A stretch of DNA of 64,000 nucleotides, taken from the NCBI RefSeq assembly GCF_021028975.2, contig NC_059427.1:102300001-102364000 (forward strand), read 5' to 3'. The position numbers and the translations under genes are program-made. Positions 1 to 12,260 of this stretch are shown here, piece after piece (position 1 is the stretch's first letter; every line of letters begins with the position of its first letter). A model generated the notes under the pieces. That model had not been told where the DNA came from. It worked only from the letters and a program-made list of their open reading frames with translations, and did not search any database. The DNA is from Sphaerodactylus townsendi (taxonomy: Eukaryota).

Positions 1-480
1 TAACTAAGTGTCAAGCTTCCTCAAGATCGGTAACAATGGCGCCCAGACGTAAAACGCTGCCTCCAGGTCAGCTTATTCCCGCATTTGTAGCGCAGAAGGC
101 ATCGCCGGAGCCGGCGCTTTCCCAGAGCGCTTGAAGCGCTTTTGGGGAAACGCCACCAAGCTGGCACACCGCAGTGGCTTTCAAGCGACGCCTCCCCAAT
201 TCGCACTTACTCTTATTCCTCAAGCCTTCAGCCGAGTTTGGGGATAGTTCTGCCCCGCGCCGCCTTCGAAAGAAAGCTGCAGGGCTAGGTGAGGTCCCCA
301 GGCTCGCCACGCGTCGGAGGCTCCAGGGACATGCCGGTCGGGCTAGCGCCGGTGTCGCCGCCGCTGCCCGTTACAGCTTTCTAGGGACCGGCCCCGCGCG
401 GACGGGTCCTTAGTTGCCGGGTCAGCTGCCAGAACGCGACTCGCCACTTCCGGGCCTTCGCAAGCGGAAACGCTCGCGAT
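1..480. promoter_or_regulatory. CpG island / housekeeping-type promoter
   Basis: GC- and CpG-rich block ending abruptly at ~480 in AT-rich DNA; ETS/GABP motif ACTTCCGG at 446-453, GCGGAA at 464-469, partial CTCGCGA (BANP/ZBTB33-like) at 473-479. Confidence 0.75.
211..450 (-). other. Probable first (likely non-coding) exon of an unidentified gene transcribed leftwards
   Basis: Minus-strand donor AAGA|GTAAGT (plus acttac 205-210) inside the CpG island, downstream of the ETS motif; the ATG at ~331 (minus) closes after 15 codons; TSS position is a guess. Confidence 0.4.
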
Positions 481-1280
481 TGTGAGTGGGAATTTATTTT
501 ATACCATTTCTTATTTTCCGAATAAAATCCTAGAAAAAGAAATTTATTTTCTCTGCTGGTTTCTTATAGTGAGCTGAAACCAGTATACACAGGCAATATA
601 TCGATCAAGTTACCCAACACTCCCTAAGCCACGCTAAGCGACCTAGTGCTCTACAGCTAATTTCCCCAGCCAAAGAGGGTCATTGAGTCCCACCATTTTG
701 GGTAACAAGGTTGTAACAGTTTTCTCATTATAATTAAATGGTAGGGCAATGAGATAATTGTGGGTAATTCTTAAGGTTACATTATGGTGAAAGGTGAAAC
801 TTGATTCCAAGCTCACATCTCACAGCGTAATCCAGATGGGGGAAGTGAAGGTGCAGATAGCTGCACCCATGCATATGCCCCCTCCACTAGCAGAAGGGGT
901 ATCCCCACCAGTAGAGGGGGCCCCTCAGCTTCATGGCAACAAAACCCAGAAGTTGGGCTGCCACAAAGTAGCACTAGCATTCACTTGGACTCCAGGAAGC
1001 AAGCTGGGACATTCTTGGGGGTGGAGTCAATGTTAGTCGGTCCCCACTAGAGTTCCAGCCCAGTAATGCTTGTCCCTTGACCTGCAAATTTATACCACAC
1101 AAAACTGCAACATAAGCCTGAGCTTTTCTGCACAATTCATTTAAAACATTTTGAGACAGGAAATAAAACATTTCCTCCATGGAGTTTCACACTGTTTTTA
1201 GCCCAAAACATTATATCTCCAGCATCAAAACATTTTTAATGAATCCCCTTTTAAAACAATTCTCTGACTGAAATGTTTCG

Positions 1281-1633
1281 AAGAAAAAGAAGAAAATAAT
1301 AATAATAATAATAATTTGTATTTATATCCACCTTTCTCTCATGTAAGGAGACTCAAGGTGGCTTACAAGCTCCTTTCCCATCCTCTCCCCACAACAGACA
1401 ACTTGTAAGGTAGGTGGGGTTGAGAGAGTTCTGAAAAAGAGTTCTGAAAAACTGTGTTCTGAAAAACTGAGTTCTGAAAAACTGTGACTAGCCCAAGGTC
1501 ACCCAATAGGAATGCAGGAGTGCGGAAGCACATCTGGTTCACCAGATAAACCTCTGCTACTCAGGTGGAGGAGTAGAGAATCAAACTCAGTTCTCCAGAA
1601 TAGAATCCACCTGCTCTTAACCACTACACCACA
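1281..1633 (-). mobile_element. tRNA-derived SINE (Squam3-like) with L2-type 3' tail
   Basis: Minus strand starts TGGTGTAGTGGTTAAGAG (A box) and GAGTTTGATTC (B box); ends in simple-repeat tail; internal tandem gttctgaaaaa repeats ~1427-1482; homologous to 14965-15247. Confidence 0.8.
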
Positions 1634-2909
1634 TCTTCAGTTGCTTTGCAATCTATTGACTACGTTTCCCACAGATCTGTGCTTCCTGAACTTCCTTTTC
1701 GGTGCCAATTTCTGAGTTCACTCAGTTTCTCCTCACTTGTATATTTATAGCATTTCTCTGTTTGTTCTTTTATTTTGGGAGAGCAATCTTCGAAGCATCG
1801 AATATATGAGGAGCATAGGATGCAGCACGAGATTGTGAAGCACTGAAGCATCAATTCAACACAATAAAAAATGTGGGGGGGGAAGGAACATCACATAATG
1901 GCAGCCAGGAATAATTTTGAGGGGGTGAGTGTGAGCAAAAAGGAGGAGGGGATTGAAAACATTTCACAAATGTTTTACAAACGTTTTAGGAAATTTGTGT
2001 GGAAAGGGCCCCATTGTTGCCTTTGGGGCAATTTGAGGCAGTGTGAGGGGTTTTTGTTTTCCCTCCCTTTTGTGCTGCTCAAAGTCCCTTTGACGGTTGT
2101 ACGGCACTGCATTCACTGTGCCATGTCTGACAGCTGAAACACTCCCTCCCCACCAAATGGATTGCACTGACAATCTCTTAGCTATTTTTAATAGCTGAAT
2201 CCTACTTAAATATTAGGCACATGTGAACTTACTGACATTTATGCACTTAAAGGCACACTCAAATCTGCAGAGGGTTGGAGCTATTAGGCTGCAATGTAAT
2301 TCTGCACTCATGTGAGAATGAAACCCTCTGAGTTATTGAGCAATACTGCATAGGGATGATTGCTTTAAAGGGAAGAGGCTACAACAAATCAGAGGGGATA
2401 ACAGATCAGTCCCCAAGTTTCCCTGAGATGTAATGCAGAGAAGGTGCACTAGACAGCGGCTCCCTCATGTATATGAAGGAACAAATACCTTGAAAGCTTG
2501 TCTTGCCTTGACCACCTCATCTCCTTCAGGCAGGCTCAAATAGAGCTCTTCCTATTTTCTGTAGCCCATCACTGTGGCTTTCCTGTTGCTAAAGTTAACA
2601 TGGCACATATCTGGGGATGTGACAGTTTGTCAGTGGATCAAACCCCTTCATTGGTACCTCTCACCTTCCTGCAGCAGGAAGATGAATGGTATACAAACAG
2701 TATCTATGATGGGCCCAGTGAGACAAGCTAGCTTTCCAGAAATACTGCCATTTACACTGCCTGGTCTCCAAAGAAGTGTGATGATTCGGCACATGCATAA
2801 TTCTATTAAACCTAGTTCCTCCCCCCGGCCCATATGGGGGTCAAGGAGGAAAGTTTTTTCCCCCAAGGATATCTTCCTCTTTGTCCTGCCATGTTACACT
2901 TCTTTTGTG

Positions 2910-3070
2910 ATTTGCATTTTACTATCTCAGCATGAAGAAGGTCTCAGTTCAATCTCCAGCATCGCCAGTGAAAAGGTTCAGATAATACATGATGTGAAAG
3001 ACCTTTACCTGAGATCCCAGAAAGCCTTTGCCAGTCTTAGTACATAATACTGATCTTGATAGAACATATG
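2910..3070 (+). mobile_element. Decayed tRNA/CR1-type SINE fragment (Squam2-like)
   Basis: B-box-like agttcaatctccagcatc followed by ctgagatcccagaaagcctttgccagtc...aatactgatcttgat, resembling a common squamate SINE body. Confidence 0.45.
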
Positions 3071-3834
3071 CTTCCACAGAATATCATCTGATTAAAAGGA
3101 TACTTAACACTCTGAACCTATGCATATTTTTGCAAAAGGCAGCCAGGTTGAACATGATAGAACGACACCAAGGAGATCTACCTAGGGTCAGGCTGAATGT
3201 TTGTTTTAGTAAATTCTATAAACTCATTCTTCCTAAATATGCATATCCTCTGTAACAAAATTTGCACAAATGACCCACTTAAAAGCAACTACTATTTTCT
3301 AGGGGCTCCTCCTAAAGGACTGCTATGCACGATCATTTGTTTACATTGCATTACTCATTTTGTTTTCATCTGCTGCTTGAATGACACTGTTCTTACATTG
3401 AGTCATCCCCATCTTTTAAATTTCAAATGTGTATATTTTAATAGGCTAATACAAGCAAGAGTTAAAGCCATGAGGAACATTCCATAAAGAAACTGATGTA
3501 GCATAAGTTAGAGAACACTGAAAAAGCATGGCTGAGAATTACCTTGGCCACCAGTGCTGCCTGGGTGCGGGCAAGGAGAGGGGCTCACATTCAACCTTGC
3601 TTCTGTTACCCATCTCTTCATCCCTATTCTGATCTGCCATCATTCACATTTTAAACTGTGTGAAGGCCCTATCTTTGTACTCAGAACTTAGAATGCCTTT
3701 GGGGTACTTAAAAACACCAAAAGCAATCCCCAAGGGCATGCTAAGTTCATGAACAATGGACTCCACCCAAACACAGGATTTGCATTCACCAATAATGCTG
3801 CTGCTGCAGGGCGTGAAAAGGTGAATCACTCCCT

Positions 3835-4125
3835 AGACTGAAAAACCCCACCCGCAATACAATACTATCAACCACATCTTTGCATAGCAAGTTCCACCCA
3901 AACACTTACTGATTGGTTCCCCACCCTGGGACATGGACAATATATACCCCAAACATTTCTTCCTCTCTGGACACAGTGTGTAACAGACTTCCCTCTGTGA
4001 TATACCTCTGAAGATGCCAGCCACAGATGCAGGTGAAACATTAGGAACAAGATCCACCAGACACGGCCACACAGCTCGGAAAACCCACCAGAACCAGTTG
4101 AATCCAGCCGTGAAAGCCTTCGACA
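3835..4125 (+). mobile_element. Penelope-like element 3' (pLTR) fragment
   Basis: Contains cctctgaagatgccagccacagatgcaggtgaaac and ends ccgtgaaagccttcgaca, shared with the copies at 4323, 23600 and 55148; 5' boundary approximate. Confidence 0.7.
4005..4045 (+). ncRNA. Minimal type-I hammerhead ribozyme motif (degenerate)
   Basis: cct-CTGAAGA-t-gccagc[cacagat]gcaggt-GAAA-c-att-agg: CUGAnGA and GAAA core boxes, stems I and II. Confidence 0.6.
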
Positions 4126-4404
4126 GTTCACAGAGTTATTGGGGTTAGGGACTCCAATACAGTTTCATTCACATGCTGCCACAACTTATTTATACCTATA
4201 CACACACCAAGATTTTAGCCTGTGTTTCTTTCGCTGAGACAATCAGCCCACAGGGTTAAACAAACAAGAAGTTCTTTTAGTTATGGTTTGAACATACAAA
4301 AAACAGGTAAAGGTTACAATGTATTGTCGAAGGCTTTCACGGCCGGAATCACTTGGGTGCTGTGTGGTTTCCGGGCTGTATGGCCGTGTTCTAGCAGCAT
4401 TCTC

Positions 4405-4447
4405 TCCTGACGTTTTGCCTGCATCTGTGGCTGGCATCTTCAGAGGA
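4405..4447 (-). ncRNA. Hammerhead ribozyme motif (G12 mutated)
   Basis: Minus strand: tcct-CTGAAGA-t-gccagccacagatgcaggc-AAAA-C-GTC-agga. Confidence 0.55.
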
Positions 4448-4490
4448 TCCTCTGAAGATGCCAGCCACAGATGCAGGTGAAACATCAGGA
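4448..4490 (+). ncRNA. Hammerhead ribozyme motif
   Basis: tcct-CTGAAGA-t-gccagccacagatgcaggt-GAAA-c-ATC-agga. Confidence 0.6.
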
Positions 4491-4665
4491 GAGAATGCTG
4501 CTAGAACACAGCCATACAGCCCGGAAACCACACAGCACCCAAAAGGTTACAATGTTTCCTTTCAACTGAACTTTTGAACTGTTTCTGTATTCTATATTAG
4601 GCATCTTTCGATACAAAATGACTTTTCAGTCAGCTTTAAGCTGCTTTTATCCATAACTTCATTCA

Positions 4666-5211
4666 GGCCGTTTCCGCATGGCCCCCCAGGTGCCCCCACG
4701 CCGGCAAGAATTCTGCTGGCGTGGGGGCGGAGGCCGTTCGCACGCAAGCGTGCGGCCGGCCTCAGGAGAGGCCGGCAGATGACAGGCGGCTCCGCATGGA
4801 GCCGCCTCTGCCCCCTTCCCTTTCCCACTCACCTTGTCCCCGTCGTTGGCCTGCTGGCCTCCGAAGCCCCGCCCACACTGCCCTCCGACCTCCAGGGGTC
4901 GGAGGACAGTGAGGGAGGGGTTTTGGAGGCCAGCAGGCCAACGACGGGGACAAGGTGAGTGGGAAAGGGAAGGGAAACAGCGTGTTCCCGGCGGTGCTGT
5001 TCTCACCGCTCCGCCGGGAAGATGCTGTTCCCTCAAAAACAACCCTTTAAAGGGTTGTTTTTTAGGTCGGCCTGACGCCGCCCTGAGGGAGGGGAAGGGC
5101 AGCCAGGTCGGCGCTGCTGCGTTTCAGCAGCGCCGCCTGTGAGAACGGCGGCCTGGGGGTGGCGTTTTTACCGCCCCCAGGCCGCCGTTTTTGGCCCATG
5201 CGGAAACAGCC
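4666..5211. mobile_element. PIF/Harbinger-type MITE
   Basis: TIRs GGCCGTTTCCGCATGG / CCATGCGGAAACAGCC, 3-bp TSD TCA (4663-4665, 5212-5214), GC-rich interior with central hairpin ~4817-4970. Confidence 0.8.
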
Positions 5212-7559
5212 TCAGAGAGACACACCCTCAACTCTAACTTCCTAATTGCTCTCTTCAGTTCTCTTCACTGCCATTTTCAAGTCTACACCTCACTAACCCT
5301 GTCTGCTCCCATTGGTTGCTCTTATGAAGAGATGGAACTTAACCTGTTCACCACATCTTGATTGATATTGCTGTTCACTAACGAATTGAGTGAGGCTTTG
5401 AAGACTGTCCTTCAGCTTTTCATCAGCATAATGAGCATGATGGTGAAATATCTCACAGAGTTTCTGCAAGGATGAAGAAGCCATTCCCAAGCCAGAAATA
5501 AAACAATAATCAGTAAAAGAATGAATTGTATTTCATAGCAATTACAATATAAGGCTCAAGAGAACATAGAAGCAGTATGTTAAGACTATAAAGATTCCAG
5601 CTGCTCAGAAATCAAAATATTTACCAGTATACAGTCCTGCATGACTATGCATTGTAGCTTGTTGCCTTTTTGCATGTGAATGAATTCCAAACTATATTTT
5701 ACTTTGTACACTTCCTAATAAGGTTACACATCCTCAACACAGTACCAAAGTAAATAACTAAATACAGTAAAGCTGGAATAGAGTGTGTTGGGGTGTGTGT
5801 GAAAGAATTGAGGATTTAGTGTGTTACAACTTATATTGTGAAAATAGAAAATTTGTGAAATATGTGTGTTAAATTATATTTCACGAAAACCTTCTGCTGG
5901 AAAAGCCAGATTTGGCTGCAATCCTAAAAAAAAAAAAACACTTTCCTAGAAGTAAGTCCCATTGAATAAGATGGAACTTACTTCTGAGGAGATCTGCTAG
6001 AAATGGTGTCCTCTGTTGTTTGGCTACTTCTTCCTATGCATATAAATTTGTATTCTATTTTGCTCTAATTGTTTTGTGTCACCATTTGAGTCCTTTGAAC
6101 AGGTACCCCAAAATTATATTATTTGGATCTTTATTGAAAAATACATGCTTTCATCTTTCCAATTCCATCTCTTCTCTGGAGCTGTCCCTTCAGGTATTTT
6201 TAGACTTCTATTATGTATCCTCCTATCCGTTCATTACAGCTTCGCCACCATTTTTCAAAACAGACCAGAACTTCTGAGATTGCGATGATCAATAGCAGTT
6301 CAACATATTACAAAACCCCTCTCAGTGTTGGATCATTCTTTGGATAAAATACAAAACATTTCAGTTGCAGGGGGGAAAAAATCTGTCCATTCCTTAGTGT
6401 CAAAATGTCAACCCAACTCCTGATTACTGACACAGAGACAACAGCTTGCTCCGATGCATGCTTATTTAGACATAGGTCTCAAAGCATTCAATAATACTTA
6501 CTCCAAGGTAAGTGCACAGAGGATGGCTATCGAAGTGGCTAACCTTCCCACTTTGTTCTGCAAAAAGTATCCTAATTCAGGATTATATCACTGATCATAT
6601 TTCAGGGGTTAACATGTCTCTCTCTTTTGAAAGCCAGAGGGTTTTTTAAAAAGTTCTTGCAGGCTTCATTCTGAGCTCTGTCAATTATGAAAGGTCATTC
6701 TGGCCAGCCAAGGGAGGCAAGACCTGAAACAGCTGGTGTGTGAAAAGCTTGGCAGAGGCCTTCTTAAAAAATGCTGGCCTGGCAATATTAACTTTAAATT
6801 AAGTGAATGAAGAGGAAAAGGCAGCAAACCTTTTAAACCTGTTCTGCTCCCATGCTCCAATTCTGCTGCTACTTTGAAGGATTTTTTATTATTATTATTT
6901 CACTATTGCAGAGCAGATGCCTTTGGACTCAAATGCAACATTCTTCGGTGGTTTTTCAAAAAGCATAGTTTAGTAAGATGATTAGACTCCCTCCTAACTC
7001 TTTATTATCTCCAGTGTGTTCCATTTCCACCTTTGCTTTTCAAAATGACAATAGATGTTATGTGTGGTCAATTTTTTTTTATTTTCCTGGCAGGGCTCTT
7101 GTGTCTTCAACAGCTGCTCAACAGGCAGAAACCTAACAAATGAAGGGTTTCTCATCACTGTATCTCTATGACAGATAAAGGTTTGCTTACTGAACTTCAC
7201 TCTGTCATGCGATGATAAAGGCACAAAGGCCCTATCAGGGAGAAAAAGTAGCAAATTCACATCAGAAACAAAACAAACATGGAAAATGATTCACTGTACT
7301 GTCCTGCAGTGCTTTAGAGGACTAATTTTCTATTGTTAGAGTTGCCAACTAACCTGAAAAGATACTGCCAAGCTACCACTTGTGCCTTGATCAGAAAGCT
7401 TCACTTCTCACAACTGGGAGATAACTGTCTTCAAAACAAGCCACTGCCACAGAAAAGTCCAGTTGGGAAAAGAAAAATTGGCAGTCCTGTCCATGACATT
7501 GAATTCATACTGTCAGCAATCACAGCAATGGGCTTTCAAAGCAAGTGAGAGGCAGAGGT

Positions 7560-7670
7560 GTTCACTGTTGCCTTCAACCGAGTCTTCCTTGATGGTCTCC
7601 CTTCCAAGAATCAACCCTGCTTAGCTTCTGAGATTTGACAAGATTGGGTGACACCATGCTGCCTTCCCTC
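7560..7670 (-). mobile_element. 5S rRNA-headed Sauria-type SINE fragment
   Basis: accctgcttagcttctgagatttgacaagattggg is the reverse complement of a degenerate 5S rRNA internal segment (cccgatctcgtctgatctcggaagctaagcagggt). Confidence 0.6.
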
Positions 7671-7721
7671 CTGCTGTCTTCCACAGTGCAACCAAATTAA
7701 TTGGGCGATGAAGATCCTTAC

Positions 7722-7810
7722 CATGATCAAAAATCTACCACAGGCATATATACTTGAAAATGTTTATAATAAACAAAGTACAAGTAATAAAAAAGTCACT
7801 CTGTATTTGC
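7722..7810 (-). other. Candidate spliced exon (89 bp, all frames closed)
   Basis: Acceptor ttttttttctag| and donor ATG|GTAAGG on minus strand. Confidence 0.25.
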
Positions 7811-8277
7811 CTAGAAAAAAAATTATTCTCTTCAGGAAAACAATTCTCCAATTTTGTATTTCTTATCCATGCTTTTCTTGGATGACTGGTCCAACTGAAG
7901 GCAGAATGAAAGCCAAATTGCTAAAAAAAAATTCTCTTACATCAGTTTTTGCTGTCCTACTATATCCACTGTGAATACAAAATTCATTGACAACATTAAC
8001 TTTAAAGGCCACTTTACCTCAAAAAGAGCATTCTAGGATCTGGATTGTTTTAAAATACCTGCAAGTGTGCAGGTATGCTTTAAAAAGAGTCAACAGATGA
8101 AAATGCAGCTCTCAAATGATATGTCATAATACATCTTGGAACTAATTGTAAATAATAGTTTTAATATGAACAAATGAACATTTATTTTAAAATTCTACCC
8201 AAGTATTGCGATGTGTGAAAGATGAATTTTTTGTTACAAGGGATTTTGAAGAGCAAAAGATGCTGCTGTATCCTTAC

Positions 8278-8400
8278 CTTTACCTCCAGATGGCATTGTT
8301 GCTACATCATCAGAGCCTGGCAAGCCAGTCCTTATCCCATTGTTGAAGGTGTGTCCATCTGCTGGTTGTAACTGCCAGTTTAGCCCAAGCATATGCATTG
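8278..8400 (-). other. Candidate spliced exon (123 bp, one open frame, unrecognised peptide)
   Basis: Acceptor tttgtctgtcttgcag| and donor AAAG|GTAAGG; length divisible by 3; frame [40 protein letters not shown] is open. Confidence 0.3.
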
Positions 8401-9149
8401 CTGCAAGACAGACAAAGCCAGGGAAAATAAACGTATAGTACATACATTACCAAAAAACAAAAAACACCACCACCACCACCCTCATTTTAAATTATAGTCA
8501 CATCAGGAGTACCTTGGGGGGAGGGGACAGCTTTTTTTCCAGGTCCAAAAACTGTGGAAGAGACCTTATCATGGTTAATATTTGATAAATTACTATTTTA
8601 TGTTCTGTTAAAATCATAAATTAGATTGGGCTATATATAATTTTACATGGGAAAGAGATGGAAAAGCAGGTTTCTTGATCTTTTCTTTCTACCTTAGATA
8701 TGACAAAATATCCTTTAAAATAAAATGTCTTATTATTTTAGCATAGGAAGGCTACAGTGCTATGCCCACTGAAATATGGGGGACATACATCTTCAGAAAG
8801 CATGCACATGTATAGTATAATTAATATATAACTTCACAATGGACCCAGGTTTTTTAATGAGAATTTTTGCATTTATTTTCATATATTTAAGTCTCATTGG
8901 GAAAATCTTTTGTTTCCTGATAGTTAAGTGTTCCATGTTAGCGAACAACATTTCCTTTTAGCTCTAACTTCATGGAGTTTAACTTCCTGGAAGAGGCTTG
9001 AAAATTGCACCCCTAGAAAAGACAATTTTTAAGATAGCCAAAGGACCAATAAAGACACTTTTGACCATGGTACATAAATTCCTTTCTTTTGCTACTTTTT
9101 GTGCCATTAAGTTATTGCTGATTTATGGCAATCTCATATTGTTTTCAAG

Positions 9150-9292
9150 GCAAGAGATGTTCAGAGATTGTTTGCCATTGCCTGCTTCTGCATCACAACT
9201 CAGGTATTCCTTGGAGATTCTCCATCTGGCCAACCCTGCTTAGTTTCTGAGATCTGATGAGATCAGTCTAGCCTGCAGCTATTCAGGTCAGG
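9150..9292 (-). mobile_element. 5S rRNA-headed Sauria-type SINE fragment
   Basis: 5S-derived accctgcttagtttctgagatctgatgagatcag plus Bov-B/RTE-like tail motif gtttgccattgcct. Confidence 0.65.
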
Positions 9293-9680
9293 TCATTTAA
9301 TCCCATTATAAACACTGGCTAAACTGATTCTTGGAAGCACTTTTGTATCTGTAAAACCTGTGACCACAAGAGCTTTGTGGAAAGACCAACACATACTTAA
9401 AAAGCCAGCATGTGAATGTGATAAATAAATTTGCACAGACTTGCATTTATCACACAATTACACTCAAGAGGCAGCTGAGGCTCATTGCAGCTCTGTACAC
9501 TTGATCCTAGGTAATGTGTGAAAAGGCTCTTTGGAGACAATTTACCAATGGCTATGTATTCCATATGGACACCCTACACCAGAAAGTGTGTCATCTTCAG
9601 TTCTCTAGAGAAGGCCTTCAGTCCAAGATTCAGAAGGTCAGAACAAACACAACAAACAATCATTTAAAAATAGTTACAAT

Positions 9681-9816
9681 CAGTAGTGGGATTCAAATCA
9701 TTTAACAACTGGTTCCGGTGGTGAGATTAAAATAATTTAATAACTGGTTGCATACAAGCACCATTTTAACAACCGGTTCTGCCAAAGTGGTGCGAACCTA
9801 CTGAATCCCACCACTG
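9681..9816. mobile_element. hAT MITE
   Basis: TIRs CAGTAGTGGGATTCA / TGAATCCCACCACTG; 8-bp TSD gttacaat (9673-9680) / gttacagt (9817-9824). Confidence 0.8.
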
Positions 9817-11753
9817 GTTACAGTCCTTCAATACTCATATCACACTTTACACATAGGGTTTCCACCCTTTCTCTTAGTGGATCTCAGATGTCTTTAAATA
9901 GCTGTGGAACTGGTAGAAAACAGCAGGAGACATTGTTCTCATCTGAAAATTATTTCCCAGGACAATATTTACTTACTGCTTTATACGTCTTGCACAATTG
10001 TTATAGATCTTGGAGCTGTTCATTATAAAAACTGGTCAGCAATCCTTGATGCTAATACATATCTGGAATATCTCTTGTGGTGCTTTGTAAGAGGTTTCTG
10101 CCAGGCTTGATTGACACACAAACAGGCAACAATATATGGTGTTAATAGGTTTGCCAGGTTGCAACCCAAAGAAGCTCATATACTTTAAAAGGACTGTGTA
10201 CAGCAGAAGACAAATGCAGTCATGGCTTCTGCTGCCCAGTCCTTTCATGACCCAGTTGTCTGCCCCGTTCCTTCAGCAGGACTCTCAGTGTGCCAGCTGA
10301 ATGAGGGATGCACATAACAAGATTAGGAAAGGAATTAGCTAGAGAAAGCTGCCACCCGCTGCATCAATTATAGGTTACACATATAGTCCACAATATAACC
10401 TGGCATTCCTAATGACTATTAACTTTTCTTGTACATAGAGACAGATGTAGGTTTTTACTGTATCCTAGCTGTTCAGATATATAAGTTATCAAAATCACAC
10501 CCATGGAAATAGTAAATGTATTTTACTTAGCTAATATGCAAGACCTGTTACAGAGCTGAAAGATACTACACTTCACAAGAGCTTGCCCACTTCATTGCTA
10601 ATCTGTGTTAAAAACTTCTTCTTTCTAGGCTATTTTCCCAGTGGAGGGGTTAGCACTGTGAGTGTCATTTCCACAGGACTCTGTGTTAAAAAATAAATAG
10701 TTTTATTGAATTCATGTGCTAGAACTATAGAGAGAACACAGTGGGTTAATTTTTAAAACTACTTTTCTCTAGAGACTCAGGTTCAAATGTGGCATAGGTC
10801 ACAAGTGAAATGAATTTGGTAGGCCTAGTCCCTAATGGTAGTTAGGCCTACATTTCAGAAAGAATGCACAATTCATCACAATTGACAGTCCCTCCTCAAG
10901 AGAGGCCAGCAAATGGAACAGCAGGGTCACAGAGGTCAGGATACAGGGCTAACAGAGCAGCCATGTGGGGAAACAGAACCTGGCCTGACAAAGTTATGCT
11001 CACTTCTGCTTAAGGCAATCAGTCATTTTAAATGATATTATTAAATTGAAAAAATATTACAGCAAATAATTCTACAGAAGCATTTGGATAAATAAGCAGA
11101 TCAGAATGTTTCCCACAAAAATAGTCACTCGCATGATTAGAAAAAGAGTAAATAGAAAAAAAATTAACACAGCTGGACTAAATCTCAATTCGTATGCTGC
11201 TAACAAGCCATGCAATAGTAAAGACACTGAAAAATAATAATGGGAGATGCTCCAAAAAAAAGATATCATGTCCTTCATGTACTGAGGTCATTGCAGCTTT
11301 GTGAAGCATCACTAAACTGTTCTCACACAAAAGTGTCTCGTAATGGATAAAGAGCCAATCAATAAGTGTTAGACGTTATATGTGGAGGGACATCGTCATC
11401 TGCTTGTGTAAATATGACAGCTAGCTACATACTGTGTTTACAGAGAGGGTTAGTGAGAGCTGAACAAAAAATATTTTAAATGAAAGATTAGACACATTTT
11501 GTCAAAGCTGGGTATTGAACAGGAAATAGATCTTTATGACAAAATATGTTTCATGTGACTGGAGAGGTTCAAAGAAATCTTCTTTGCAAGTAAGAATTAG
11601 AATTCCAAATTTACCACTGTACAAATTGATATATTTAACCAGTTGCTAACTGAGCTATCTGAATAATTCTACAAAGGTTCAAAGAAGACATGTTGTAGGA
11701 GAACTGTGATTAAATCTCATTTGTTTTTAATTTAATTAGCAGCCTCATATTGT

Positions 11754-12260
11754 CAGAGACAAAGCTACAAGGAGGCCAGGGGGCGGGTGTCTGGGGCACG
11801 CACAAAAATTCAGCTTTGTGTTTTTTGTATTTTTTAGTGTTTTTCAGTTTTCGGCCTGCAGGGGGCAGAGTTTTTAGGCTAGCAGCAACAAAATTCAGGG
11901 GATCTTTAGGACTCTCCTTATGATACCACCCAGGTTTGGTGAGGTTTGGTTTAGGGGGTCCAAAGTTATGGACTCCCAAAGGGAGTGTCCCCATCCCCCA
12001 TTGTTTTCAATGGGAGCTAATAGGAGATGGGGCTACACCTTTGAGGGTCCATAACTTTGGACCCCCTGAACCAAACTTTACCAAACCTGGGTGGTAACAT
12101 CAGGAGAGTCTCCTAAAGATACTCTGAAATTTTGGTGCTGCTAGCCTAAAAACTGCGCCTTCTGCCAGCCAAAAACTGAAAAAACACTAAAAATACAAAA
12201 AAACAAACAGGGGGGACTCAGATTTTGCACCCGTCTCCATTTACCCTAGCTACGCCTCTG
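11754..12260. mobile_element. Non-autonomous hAT element with long internal palindrome
   Basis: TIRs CAGAGACAAAGCTA / TAGCTACGCCTCTG; 8-bp TSD catattgt (11746-11753) / catattgc (12261-12268); imperfect inverted repeat ~11820-12203. Confidence 0.75.

Larger units (their letters stand above)
4323..4541. mobile_element. Fold-back Penelope-derived mini-element with 14-bp TSD
   Basis: 94-bp inverted arms 4354-4447 / 4448-4541 centred on GGATCC; flanked by aaaggttacaatgt at 4309-4322 and 4542-4555. Confidence 0.85.

Noticed and set aside
1560-1633. tRNA gene
   Set aside because: A and B boxes continue into a SINE body found twice in the window; no cloverleaf
4130-5355. Solo LTR hosting the Penelope and MITE inserts (similar LTR-like stretches at ~10660-10990 and ~18415-18920)
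   Set aside because: One TG/CA-like end visible but no second terminus or TSD could be fixed
9233-9266. 5S rRNA gene
   Set aside because: Only a short degenerate segment fused to SINE sequence
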